A model generated the notes under the pieces. That model was not told the DNA's origin, ran no database searches, and worked only from the letters and a program-made list of their open reading frames with translations. Of a DNA stretch of 13,448 nucleotides, positions 1 to 7,222 are shown in pieces (within the stretch, counting starts at the first letter, position 1; every line of letters begins with the position of its first letter). This DNA comes from a virus (taxonomy: Duplodnaviria; Heunggongvirae; Uroviricota; Caudoviricetes), in IMG/VR virus record IMGVR_UViG_2529293240_000021, positions 1-13,448 of that record, one strand, 5' to 3'. The translations under genes and the position numbers were made by a program.

Positions 1-1545
1 TCATTGAGCTTCTCGATCACTTCGCGCAACCAGTCCTCCGGCTCCACTTCGTTCTGTTTGCAGGTGACCAGCAGACTGTAGATGATCGCCGCACTTTCTC
101 CTCCCTTGTCTGAGCCGAAAAAGAGATAAGTTTTTTCTTCCAACCGCCACCGATCGTAACGCGTTTTCACCGATGTTGTTGTCTATTTCCACCCAGCCGT
201 CACGACAGAACTCGTTCAGCGCATTCCAGTGATTCAGGATATAGTCGAACGCCTTCGCCATCTCCGCATGTTTCGACAGCGTTTTCCTCTGCAACTGTAT
301 CCAGTCGTACAACGACTGCATCAACTGGACGCTTCTGGCTTTTCTGACTGCAAGCCGTTCCTCTGCCGGACTGCCACGTATCTCCGCTTCTATGTCGTAT
401 AACTCTGCTATCCGTCTGAGCGCTTCCTGAGTCATTTCTGTCGGACGGCGCACATCCTCGTCATGGATTTTTCGGCGGGCGTGGGCCAGGCACCCGGCTT
501 CCTTCACCCGGCCCGTTTCGTACAGTACGTTATAACCTGCATAGGCATCAGCCTGCAGTACGCCCTGATACTTTGCCAGGTGGAGCTGCGGATGTTCTCC
601 TTTGCGATCTGCCGAATACGCGAACCAGACGGCTGCCGGCAGGGATGAACCCGCATTACGATCATCCCTGACGTATACCCACAGACGACCCGTTTTCGTC
701 TTTCCGTTCCCCGGGGCCAGTACTTTCACCGGAGTGTCATCTGCGTGCACCTTTCCTGCCTCCAGAACATAGTCATTCAGCGCTATATACAGAGGACGGA
801 GTTTGTCTGCCATTTCTGATACCCAGCGCACCATGGTATTACGGCTCAGCTCCACGCCCTGTCGCGCGTATATTTCTGACTGGCGATATAAAGGGATATG
901 TTCCATATATTTGCTGACCAGGATCCGTGCAAGTAACCCTGCACTGGCATAACCGCGTTCGATCGGTTTAGGAGGAAGTGGTGCCTGAACGATGACATCA
1001 CACCGGCTACAGGCCAGTTTGGGACGTATGGTTTCGATAACTTTAAAGGCGGTATTAATGATATCCAGTTGCTCTGAGATTGTTTCCCCCATTTCTTTCA
1101 GAACACCTCCACAGGCCGGGCAACTGGTTTCAGCAGGCAGAAGGCGATGTGTCTCCCGGGGAAGTTCTGCCGGCAGCGGTTTTCGTGAAGATTTTCGTCC
1201 CGGGAATTCAGGCTTACTGGCGATCGGGTTTTCTGACGGGGGACTGGTGTCAGGTGAATCTGTGACTGACGATGCATCTTCCAGAAGATTTCTGGCTGTG
1301 TTCAGCCGGTTTTCCAGTTCCGACAGTCGTTTTTCTGCCTGTCGGATCTGATTTTCAAGCTTATGACGCTTTTTCTCTGAACTCTGGCCGAACAACATAC
1401 GACGCAACCTGTCGAGTTGCGCTTTCAGCCGTTCAATTTCCTGCTCATAGCCCGCGACCTGACAGGCATACTGTCGAAGCCGACTCTGTTGCTTACGCAA
1501 CATGGCTTTAAGCAGCTCAATATCATCGGGGAGTTCATTGTTCAT
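1..1545 (-). CDS. tnpC: IS66-family transposase TnpC; 3' end appears frameshifted (possible pseudogene)
   Basis: 514-aa ORF with IS66 transposase motifs (CxxC zinc-finger-like region, ...[36 protein letters not shown]). After GRKN the annotated frame becomes Arg-rich low complexity, while another frame encodes a protein-like tail ([43 protein letters not shown]) that runs off the window edge. Confidence 0.8.
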   Translation of the reverse strand: MNNELPDDIELLKAMLRKQQSRLRQYACQVAGYEQEIERLKAQLDRLRRMLFGQSSEKKRHKLENQIRQAEKRLSELENRLNTARNLLEDASSVTDSPDTSPPSENPIASKPEFPGRKSSRKPLPAELPRETHRLLPAETSCPACGGVLKEMGETISEQLDIINTAFKVIETIRPKLACSRCDVIVQAPLPPKPIERGYASAGLLARILVSKYMEHIPLYRQSEIYARQGVELSRNTMVRWVSEMADKLRPLYIALNDYVLEAGKVHADDTPVKVLAPGNGKTKTGRLWVYVRDDRNAGSSLPAAVWFAYSADRKGEHPQLHLAKYQGVLQADAYAGYNVLYETGRVKEAGCLAHARRKIHDEDVRRPTEMTQEALRRIAELYDIEAEIRGSPAEERLAVRKARSVQLMQSLYDWIQLQRKTLSKHAEMAKAFDYILNHWNALNEFCRDGWVEIDNNIGENALRSVAVGRKNLSLFRLRQGRRKCGDHLQSAGHLQTERSGAGGLVARSDREAQ

Positions 1546-1564
1546 TCCCTTGTTTTATCACGGG

Positions 1565-1912
1565 TTATATCCGGATGCCAGGCCGTTCTGTCCGTTTGGG
1601 ATGTTGCCACGCGATCCCCTCCAGTAGCATGGATAACTGAGCTGGCGTCAGGTGCACTTTCCCTTCCCGGGTCACCGGCCAGACGAAGCGGCCCCGTTCC
1701 AGGCGTTTGGCGAACAGGCATAACCCGTCACGATCGGCCCACAGTATTTTCACCATTTTGCCACTGCGGCCCCGGAAGACGAAGATATGCCCGGAGAACG
1801 GGTCATCTTTCAGCGTGTTCTGCACCTTCGAAGCCAGGCCATTGAAGCCACAACGCATATCTGTGATGCCAGCGATGATCCAGATTTTGGTACCGGTCGG
1901 CAGCGTTATCAT
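1565..1912 (-). CDS. tnpB: IS66-family accessory protein TnpB (Orf2)
   Basis: 115-aa ORF (MITLPTGTKIWIIAGITDMRCGFNGLA...) directly downstream of tnpA with a 4-nt ATGA overlap; size and position match IS66 Orf2. Confidence 0.85.
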   Translation of the reverse strand: MITLPTGTKIWIIAGITDMRCGFNGLASKVQNTLKDDPFSGHIFVFRGRSGKMVKILWADRDGLCLFAKRLERGRFVWPVTREGKVHLTPAQLSMLLEGIAWQHPKRTERPGIRI

Positions 1913-2583
1913 CGGATACCCCCTTTCATTTCGCGGATTAGCGCCCGTAACAGTTCCGGAGTGAGAGGGTCAAACAGTTTTACCACACCTGATTTAAGAT
2001 GCAGCTCGCACCGTGGGACGTTTCCGGGAGCCCCCTCAGGGCGCTCATCATGCTTGTTACGCCAGAAGGGATTTGTAACTGGTCTGGTCGGCTCCGGCGT
2101 ATCAGTCAGAGCCACCGGGACAGGCATGCATTCCTGTATGTCATCATCGCTCAGTAAGCCGTCCTCGTACTGGCTTTTCCATTTAAACAGCAGGTTATTA
2201 TTGATATCGTGTTCTCTGGCGATCCGGGCAACAACAGCCCCAGGCTGTAACGCCTGCTTAGCCAGACGGACCTTAAATTCACGGCTATAGCTGGTTCGCC
2301 GTTCTTTTCGCCATGAGCCTTCTCTGATTTGAGGCTCTGTTAATTCCTTCTTTCTGTTGGCATAAAGGATGGCGTCAAGTTGAGCGAATGAAACTGAATC
2401 GGGCAATGGCCATGCGATACCGGATGCAAGAAATCGCTGAAAAAGCGTATGTATTGTGGAATGACTGAGACCCAGACGCTGAGCGATGGCCCGGATGGTC
2501 AGTTTATCTTCAAATCTTAAACGCAGGGCATCAGGCAAATAAGAACGGAAGCAGGGAATATCTTTTGTTGTCTGGGAATTCAT
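1909..2583 (-). CDS. tnpA: IS66-family accessory protein TnpA (Orf1), long form with extra N-terminal HTH region
   Basis: 224-aa ORF, first gene inside the IS end. C-terminal half (REFKVRLAKQALQPGAVVARIAREHDINNNLLFKWK) resembles the IS66 Orf1 HTH region; N-terminal half has a second HTH-like segment (TIRAIAQRLGLSHSTIHTLFQRF). Confidence 0.8.
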   Translation of the reverse strand: MNSQTTKDIPCFRSYLPDALRLRFEDKLTIRAIAQRLGLSHSTIHTLFQRFLASGIAWPLPDSVSFAQLDAILYANRKKELTEPQIREGSWRKERRTSYSREFKVRLAKQALQPGAVVARIAREHDINNNLLFKWKSQYEDGLLSDDDIQECMPVPVALTDTPEPTRPVTNPFWRNKHDERPEGAPGNVPRCELHLKSGVVKLFDPLTPELLRALIREMKGGIR

Positions 2584-2640
2584 CGTTCGTGTCCATCAAT
2601 ATAGATGGGCGCGATTGTTGCCAGACAGGACAATTTTCAC

Positions 2641-2665
2641 AAGACGTCGCTGATGGGGCGCTTAC
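2641..2665 (-). repeat. terminal inverted repeat of the IS66-family element (approximate extent)
   Basis: Minus-strand sequence GTAAGCGCCCCATCAGCGACGTCTT ending at 2665, about 80 bp upstream of the tnpA start. Inner boundary of the repeat is not determined. Confidence 0.65.
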
Positions 2666-2726
2666 TGTTGTTCTGAGGTGAGCATATCACCTCTGTTCAG
2701 GTGGCCAAATTCAGTGTGCCACTTCA
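2666..2726 (+). mobile_element. 61-bp terminal fragment of an IS3-family element (IS911-like right end), truncated by the IS66-family insertion
   Basis: Plus strand 2691-2726 reads CTCTGTTCAGGTGGCCAAATTCAGTGTGCCACTTCA, whose complement starts TGAAGTGGCACACTGAATTTGGCCACC. This is a TGA...TCA-type IS3-family terminal repeat that I recall as the IS911 right end. It abuts the IS66 terminus at 2665/2666. Confidence 0.5.
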
Positions 2727-2972
2727 AAAGCTGAAAATGATGCTCTTCGGCGCAAGCTTGATAATGGTGGTCGGGTGCTCGTCAAAGGAAAATGCCCTGT
2801 GCCATCCTCAGCCGAAACCTCCAGCGCCTCCGGCATGGGCAATGATGCCACCGTCGAACTCTCTCCAGTTGCTGGACGAAACGTTCTCGGTATCCGGGAC
2901 GGAATCATCAGCGACCAGACAGCATTGAGAATGCTTCAGGAGTACATCAGGATCCAATGCCTTGGGGGGTAG
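2727..2972 (+). pseudogene. Rz: Rz-like i-spanin, 3' fragment only (5' part removed at the IS boundary)
   Basis: Frame open from the IS end: KAENDALRRKLDNGGRVLVKGKCPVPSSAETSSASGMGNDA...QCLGG*. The KAENDALR and S-A-E-T-S-S-A-S-G-x-x-N-D-A segments resemble the C-terminal half of lambda Rz (AKAENDALRDD...REATTASGVDNAA...). No start codon or N-terminal TM segment is present. Confidence 0.6.
2737..2928 (+). CDS. Rz1: Rz1-like o-spanin lipoprotein, embedded in the +1 frame of Rz
   Basis: 63-aa ORF MMLFGASLIMVVGCSSKENALCHPQPKPPAPPAWAMMPP...: signal peptide with lipobox (VVGC) followed by a proline-rich stretch, closely resembling lambda Rz1 (MLKLKMMLCVMMLPLVVVGCTSK...KPPPPPAWIMQPP). Entirely inside the Rz frame. 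Confidence 0.55.
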   Translation: MMLFGASLIMVVGCSSKENALCHPQPKPPAPPAWAMMPPSNSLQLLDETFSVSGTESSATRQH

Positions 2973-3060
2973 CGGTAATTTTACTCATTATCCTTCAAAT
3001 CAGATTCTGTTGTCAGAGGAATGGGGGAAGCTGGATTCGCAAGAGCTTTTTATGGGCAGT

Positions 3061-3570
3061 TTAGCTAAAAAAAGGCAACACGAAGCTAAAACTACCAACA
3101 TAAAGTGCTGACCAGCTAGCAGCTGAAATCAGACTCACTGTATACACTTTCACTGGATGAAGTTGCAACATTCCTGCCACCAAAGGAGCAATGTAACGCA
3201 GCACGGCGATAAAGCGCGAAGTGAAAAGTATTGACACAGAGTTATTTTGCAACTGAAGGCGAACCCGTTCTATTGTATTGGAACGGCTCGATATTATACA
3301 TGCAAGTTGAGGGATATGCCCAATTATTATACCAAGATGGTAATTAACGATAGTACCGCACCATGCGCCACTCATGACCGTGATTCCAGCTTCCCATGGT
3401 GAAAGAGTCGTCTTGCTGACTGTAATTACAGTGGCCATCATAATTGATGCTGGTGGCAATATCGCCGAAATGAGTAAAGTGGATTTTGTGAACGCTATTA
3501 TAAAAAGAAGCCCCCATAGGCGATATGGATGAAGTACAAAATAGTTCATCAAAGCATTTATCCACTCCAT
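3061..3570 (-). CDS. YqaA/DedA-family inner-membrane protein (probable prophage moron)
   Basis: 169-aa hydrophobic ORF. Segments align by eye to E. coli YqaA (FLSATLLPGNSEVVLVAML vs LLISAILPPASIMMATVIT; HPWVLVLTATMGNSLGGLTNVILG vs SPWEAGITVMSGAWCGTIVNYHLG; SWMPVVGDLLCLLAGWMRIS vs SRFIAVLRYIAPLVAGMLQLH). RBS AAGGAAA lies 7 nt upstream of the ATG at 3570. Oriented opposite to the flanking phage genes. Confidence 0.65.
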   Translation of the reverse strand: MEWINALMNYFVLHPYRLWGLLFIIAFTKSTLLISAILPPASIMMATVITVSKTTLSPWEAGITVMSGAWCGTIVNYHLGIIIGHIPQLACIISSRSNTIERVRLQLQNNSVSILFTSRFIAVLRYIAPLVAGMLQLHPVKVYTVSLISAASWSALYVGSFSFVLPFFS

Positions 3571-3767
3571 CAATGTCTTTCCTTCTGTGAATTTTTCTTT
3601 GCTATTTAACCGTGATACGACTTAATTTAGGCTTAAACACCTTACATTTACAAGGTACTCCTGTGGGGGGCCCTGCCACGGAGCGTCGCAGGAGTGAGTG
3701 ATGAGGAAGAATTAAAGCAACCTATTGTGACAGGCAGCGATAACAGTAAATCACAGGAAGCATAATC

Positions 3768-4532
3768 ATGGCAAAACCGGACTGGGAGGCCATCGAATCG
3801 GCATACCGGGCCGGAGTCCTTAGCCTCCGTGATATAGGCGAGAAATACGGCGTTACAGAAGGGGCTATCAGGAAGAGGGCCAAAAAGCTTGGTTGGGCAC
3901 GCAGTGGCGGTACGCAGGTTTGCAAAAATGGTACGCAAAAAAGGAAAGTGCGTACCAGCAGAAAGCCTGCCATTACTGGCCTTACACAAAAAAGTACGCA
4001 ACTAAAAACAGAATCTACACCGGATACGAAACCGATACGCGGAATGCGTACCGATCCCCCGACTAACCCATTCCAACCCGGTAACCAGCAGGCATTAAAA
4101 CACGGTGGTTATGCCCGTCGCCTTCTGCTCAAAGATGAGGTGATAGAGGACGCTAAAGCGTTGACGCTCGAGGACGAATTATTTCGCCTTCGTGCTAACA
4201 ACCTTGTCGCTGCAGAGAATATTGGTCGGTGGTTGGTGTCGCTGGAAGATGCTAATGGGGACCAGGAAAGGAAGATGCTGATTGAAAATATCAGCGCCGC
4301 CGAGAAAGCAATGATGCGCAATACAGTTCGTATTGAGTCCATCGTTGGCACGCTTGCGACGGTAGGAAAAATATTTGCTGATACAGCCTACCGCAAGGCC
4401 GCCACTGATAAGGTGTCTCTGGAGGCTGATCGTCTTCGCCGTGATGCAGGTATTGATGATGGCAATGGAGAGCGTGACCTCAATGACTTCTACTCTGACA
4501 TCCAAACCGACGCTGAATCCGGCTTTACGTAG
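3768..4532 (+). CDS. terS: phage terminase small subunit (N-terminal HTH DNA-binding domain)
   Basis: 254-aa ORF with AGGAAG RBS 6 nt upstream. N-terminus MAKPDWEAIESAYRAGVLSLRDIGEKYGVTEGAIRKRAKKLGW is a typical small-terminase HTH. It sits immediately upstream of, and overlaps, the large-terminase ORF. Confidence 0.7.
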   Translation: MAKPDWEAIESAYRAGVLSLRDIGEKYGVTEGAIRKRAKKLGWARSGGTQVCKNGTQKRKVRTSRKPAITGLTQKSTQLKTESTPDTKPIRGMRTDPPTNPFQPGNQQALKHGGYARRLLLKDEVIEDAKALTLEDELFRLRANNLVAAENIGRWLVSLEDANGDQERKMLIENISAAEKAMMRNTVRIESIVGTLATVGKIFADTAYRKAATDKVSLEADRLRRDAGIDDGNGERDLNDFYSDIQTDAESGFT

Positions 4533-5150
4533 TTTCTGGACTATGCGGGCACGTAACAAAGTGCTTTATGGTGGTCGGTCATCGTCAAAATCATGGGATG
4601 CCGCTGGCATTGCCATATTTCTGTCGAATAAATACACCCTGCGTTTTTGTTGTGCCCGTCAGATCCAGAATAAAATCGAAGAGTCGGTGTATACCCTGCT
4701 CAAAATTCAGATAGACAGGTTTGGTCTGCGGCACCGTTTCCGTATTCTGAACAACAAAATCATTAACCGGGTTACTGGCTCGGAATTTGTTTTTTATGGA
4801 TTATGGCGCAACATCGAAGAAATTAAGTCACTGGAGGGGATCGATGTGTTGTGGCTGGAAGAAGCCCACGCACTGACGGAATACCAGTGGAAAATTCTGG
4901 AGCCAACGATCCGTAAAGAGGGTTCGGAATGCTGGTTCATATTCAACCCCGGACTTGTTACTGATTTCGTCTGGCGCAACTTCGTTGTTGATCCGCCCGA
5001 AGGCACTCTCATCCGCAAAATTAACTATGACGAAAATCCGTTTCTGTCTGACACCATGCTTAAGGTTATCGACGCGGCGCGACGCCGTGATCCGGATGGT
5101 TTTAAACATGTGTATGAGGGCGTTCCGGAGTCTGATGATGATGCGGCAAT
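4483..5150 (+). pseudogene. terL: terminase large subunit, N-terminal ATPase fragment, interrupted by IS2
   Basis: ORF with a Walker-A-like motif (VLYGGRSSSKSW) and Walker-B-like DVLWLEEAH. The reading frame runs into the IS2 left end and stops 6 codons later. Start chosen at ATG 4483 (GGAG 12 nt upstream); 4543 is an alternative. Confidence 0.85.
5146..5150. repeat. 5-bp target-site duplication (GCAAT), left copy, flanking IS2
   Basis: GCAAT immediately precedes the IS2 left terminus TAGACTGGCC at 5151; an identical copy follows the right terminus. Confidence 0.9.
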
Positions 5151-5241
5151 TAGACTGGCCCCCTGAATCTCCAGACAACCAGTATCACTTATTTAAGTGA
5201 TAGTCTTAATACTAGTTTTTAGACTAGTCATTGGAGAACAG

Positions 5242-5607
5242 ATGATTGATGTCTTAGGGCCGGAGAAACGCAGACGGCGTACCACACAGGAAAAGATCGC
5301 AATTGTTCAGCAGAGCTTTGAACCGGGGATGACGGTCTCCCTCGTTGCCCGGCAACATGGTGTAGCAGCCAGCCAGTTATTTCTCTGGCGTAAGCAATAC
5401 CAGGAAGGAAGTCTTACTGCTGTGGCCGCCGGAGAACAGGTTGTTCCTGCCTCTGAACTTGCTGCCGCCATGAAGCAGATTAAAGAACTCCAGCGCCTGC
5501 TCGGCAAGAAAACGATGGAAAATGAACTCCTCAAAGAAGCCGTTGAATATGGACGGGCAAAAAAGTGGATAGCGCACGCGCCCTTATTGCCCGGGGATGG
5601 GGAGTAA
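5242..5607 (+). CDS. insC: IS2 OrfA (InsC), HTH protein
   Basis: 121-aa [59 protein letters not shown]..., matching IS2 InsC; GGAG RBS upstream. Confidence 0.9.
5559..5565 (+). promoter_or_regulatory. -1 programmed ribosomal frameshift slippery heptamer (A AAA AAG) of IS2
   Basis: AAAAAAG lies in X XXY YYZ register with the insC frame, and insD is open in the -1 frame from this point (frame arithmetic: insC at position mod 3 = 1, insD at mod 3 = 0). Confidence 0.8.
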
Positions 5608-6470
5608 GCTTAGTCAGCCGTTGTCTCCGGGTGTCGCGTGCGCAGTTGCACGTCATTCTCAGACGAACCGATGACTGGATGGATGGCCGCCGCAGTCGTC
5701 ACACTGATGATACGGATGTGCTTCTCCGTATACACCATGTTATCGGAGAGCTGCCCACGTATGGTTATCGTCGGGTATGGGCGCTGCTTCGCAGACAGGC
5801 AGAACTTGATGGTATGCCTGCGATCAATGCCAAACGTGTTTACCGGATCATGCGCCAGAATGCGCTGTTGCTTGAGCGAAAACCTGCTGTACCGCCATCG
5901 AAACGGGCACATACAGGCAGAGTAGCCGTGAAAGAAAGCAATCAGCGATGGTGCTCTGACGGGTTCGAGTTCTGCTGTGATAACGGAGAGAGACTGCGTG
6001 TCACGTTCGCGCTGGACTGCTGTGATCGTGAGGCACTGCACTGGGCGGTGACTACCGGCGGCTTCAACAGTGAAACAGTACAGGACGTCATGCTGGGAGC
6101 GGTGGAACGCCGCTTCGGCAACGATCTTCCGTCGTCTCCAGTGGAGTGGCTGACGGATAATGGTTCATGCTACCGGGCTAATGAAACACGCCAGTTCGCC
6201 CGGATGTTGGGACTTGAACCGAAGAACACGGCGGTGCGGAGTCCGGAGAGTAACGGAATAGCAGAGAGCTTCGTGAAAACGATAAAGCGTGACTACATCA
6301 GTATCATGCCCAAACCAGACGGGTTAACGGCAGCAAAGAACCTTGCAGAGGCGTTCGAGCATTATAACGAATGGCATCCGCATAGTGCGCTGGGTTATCG
6401 CTCGCCACGGGAATATCTGCGGCAGCGGGCTTGTAATGGGTTAAGTGATAACAGATGTCTGGAAATATAG
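5565..6470 (+). CDS. insD: IS2 OrfB (InsD), DDE transposase catalytic domain; expressed as InsCD fusion by -1 frameshifting
   Basis: 301-aa [41 protein letters not shown]... matching IS2 InsD; begins at the slip site in the -1 frame relative to insC. Confidence 0.9.
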
Positions 6471-6481
6471 GGGCAAATCCA

Positions 6482-6486
6482 GCAAT
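6482..6486. repeat. 5-bp target-site duplication (GCAAT), right copy, flanking IS2
   Basis: GCAAT immediately follows the IS2 right terminus ...CAAATCCA at 6481. Confidence 0.9.
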
Positions 6487-7222
6487 CATCAAACTGTCTT
6501 GGATAGAAGCCGCAGTGGATGCGCACAAAACGTTAAATTTCGAACCCAGTGGAAGAAAGCGTATTGGCTTTGACGTGGCTGACAGTGGTACAGATAAGTG
6601 CGCTAACGTTTACCGTCACGGATCCGTTGTTTTCTGGGCCGACGAATGGAAGGCCAAAGAAGATGAATTACTGAAGAGCTGCCAGCGTACTTATCAGGCG
6701 GCGCTGGAGCGTGAAGCAGATATTGTTTACGACTCTATCGGTGTTGGTGCGTCTGCCGGTGCTAAATTCTCTGAAATTAACGCTGACCGGAAGAGCGAGA
6801 ACGCATACGCGCGACGTGTGAATTACCAGAGGTTTAACGCCGGTGCTGGTGTGCATGAGCCAGATGACGAGTACAACGGCATCCCCAACAAAGACTTTTT
6901 CGCAAATCTTAAGGCTCAGGCATGGTGGCTGGTGGCTGACCGTTTCAGAAATACGTTTAACGCCATTAACAACGGAGAACAGTATCCTGTGGATGAGCTG
7001 ATCAGCATAGATTCTCGTTGTCCGTTGCTTGAAAAGCTGAAACTGGAACTGACAACACCTCATCGTGATTTCGACCGTAACGGACGTGTGATGGTCGAAA
7101 GTAAAAAAGACCTCGCAAAACGCGAGATACCGTCACCAAACGTTGCTGATGCATTCATTATGGCCTTCGCGCCAATCGATACATCGCTGGATATCTGGGA
7201 ACAGCTGGGGAGACAGGCCTGA
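6482..7222 (+). pseudogene. terL: terminase large subunit, C-terminal (nuclease) fragment, separated from its 5' part by IS2
   Basis: Open frame continues directly from the IS2 right end to a stop at 7220-7222. Joining to 4483-5150 after removing IS2 and one GCAAT copy is in frame. The stop overlaps the portal start (TGATG). Confidence 0.85.

Larger units (their letters stand above)
1..2665 (-). mobile_element. IS66-family insertion sequence, partial (tnpA-tnpB-tnpC present; distal end lies beyond window start)
   Basis: Three co-directional minus-strand ORFs with the IS66 organisation (HTH protein, ~115-aa TnpB, ~510-aa DDE transposase). ATGA start/stop overlap between tnpA and tnpB. Minus-strand terminus reads GTAAGCGCCCCATCAGCGACGTCTT, the GTAAGCG-type end typical of IS66 family. 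Confidence 0.9.
5151..6481 (+). mobile_element. IS2 (IS3 family), complete 1331-bp copy
   Basis: Left end TAGACTGGCCCCCTGAATCTCCAGACAACC and right end ...GGAAATATAGGGGCAAATCCA match IS2 termini as I remember them. Length is exactly 1331 bp. Contains insC and insD with an in-frame A AAA AAG slip site, and is flanked by a 5-bp direct repeat. Confidence 0.95.

Noticed and set aside
463-1845. Several plus-strand ORFs (61-142 aa) inside the IS66-family element
   Set aside because: All are antisense to tnpC and tnpB, which have clear family signatures; their composition is typical of shadow ORFs.
2701-2928. 75-aa ORF with an alternative start at 2701 for the Rz1-like gene
   Set aside because: Its first 26 nt lie inside the IS3-family terminal repeat; the lipoprotein more plausibly starts at the ATG at 2737, giving the MMLFGAS... 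signal peptide.
3344-3565. 73-aa minus-strand ORF inside the YqaA-like gene
   Set aside because: It is an alternative frame of the same region; the longer hydrophobic frame has the DedA-like signature.
3648-4001. Minus-strand ORFs (117 aa and 83 aa) overlapping the terS start region
   Set aside because: They are antisense to a well-supported gene, Cys/Pro/Arg-rich and low complexity, with no RBS; most likely random open frames.
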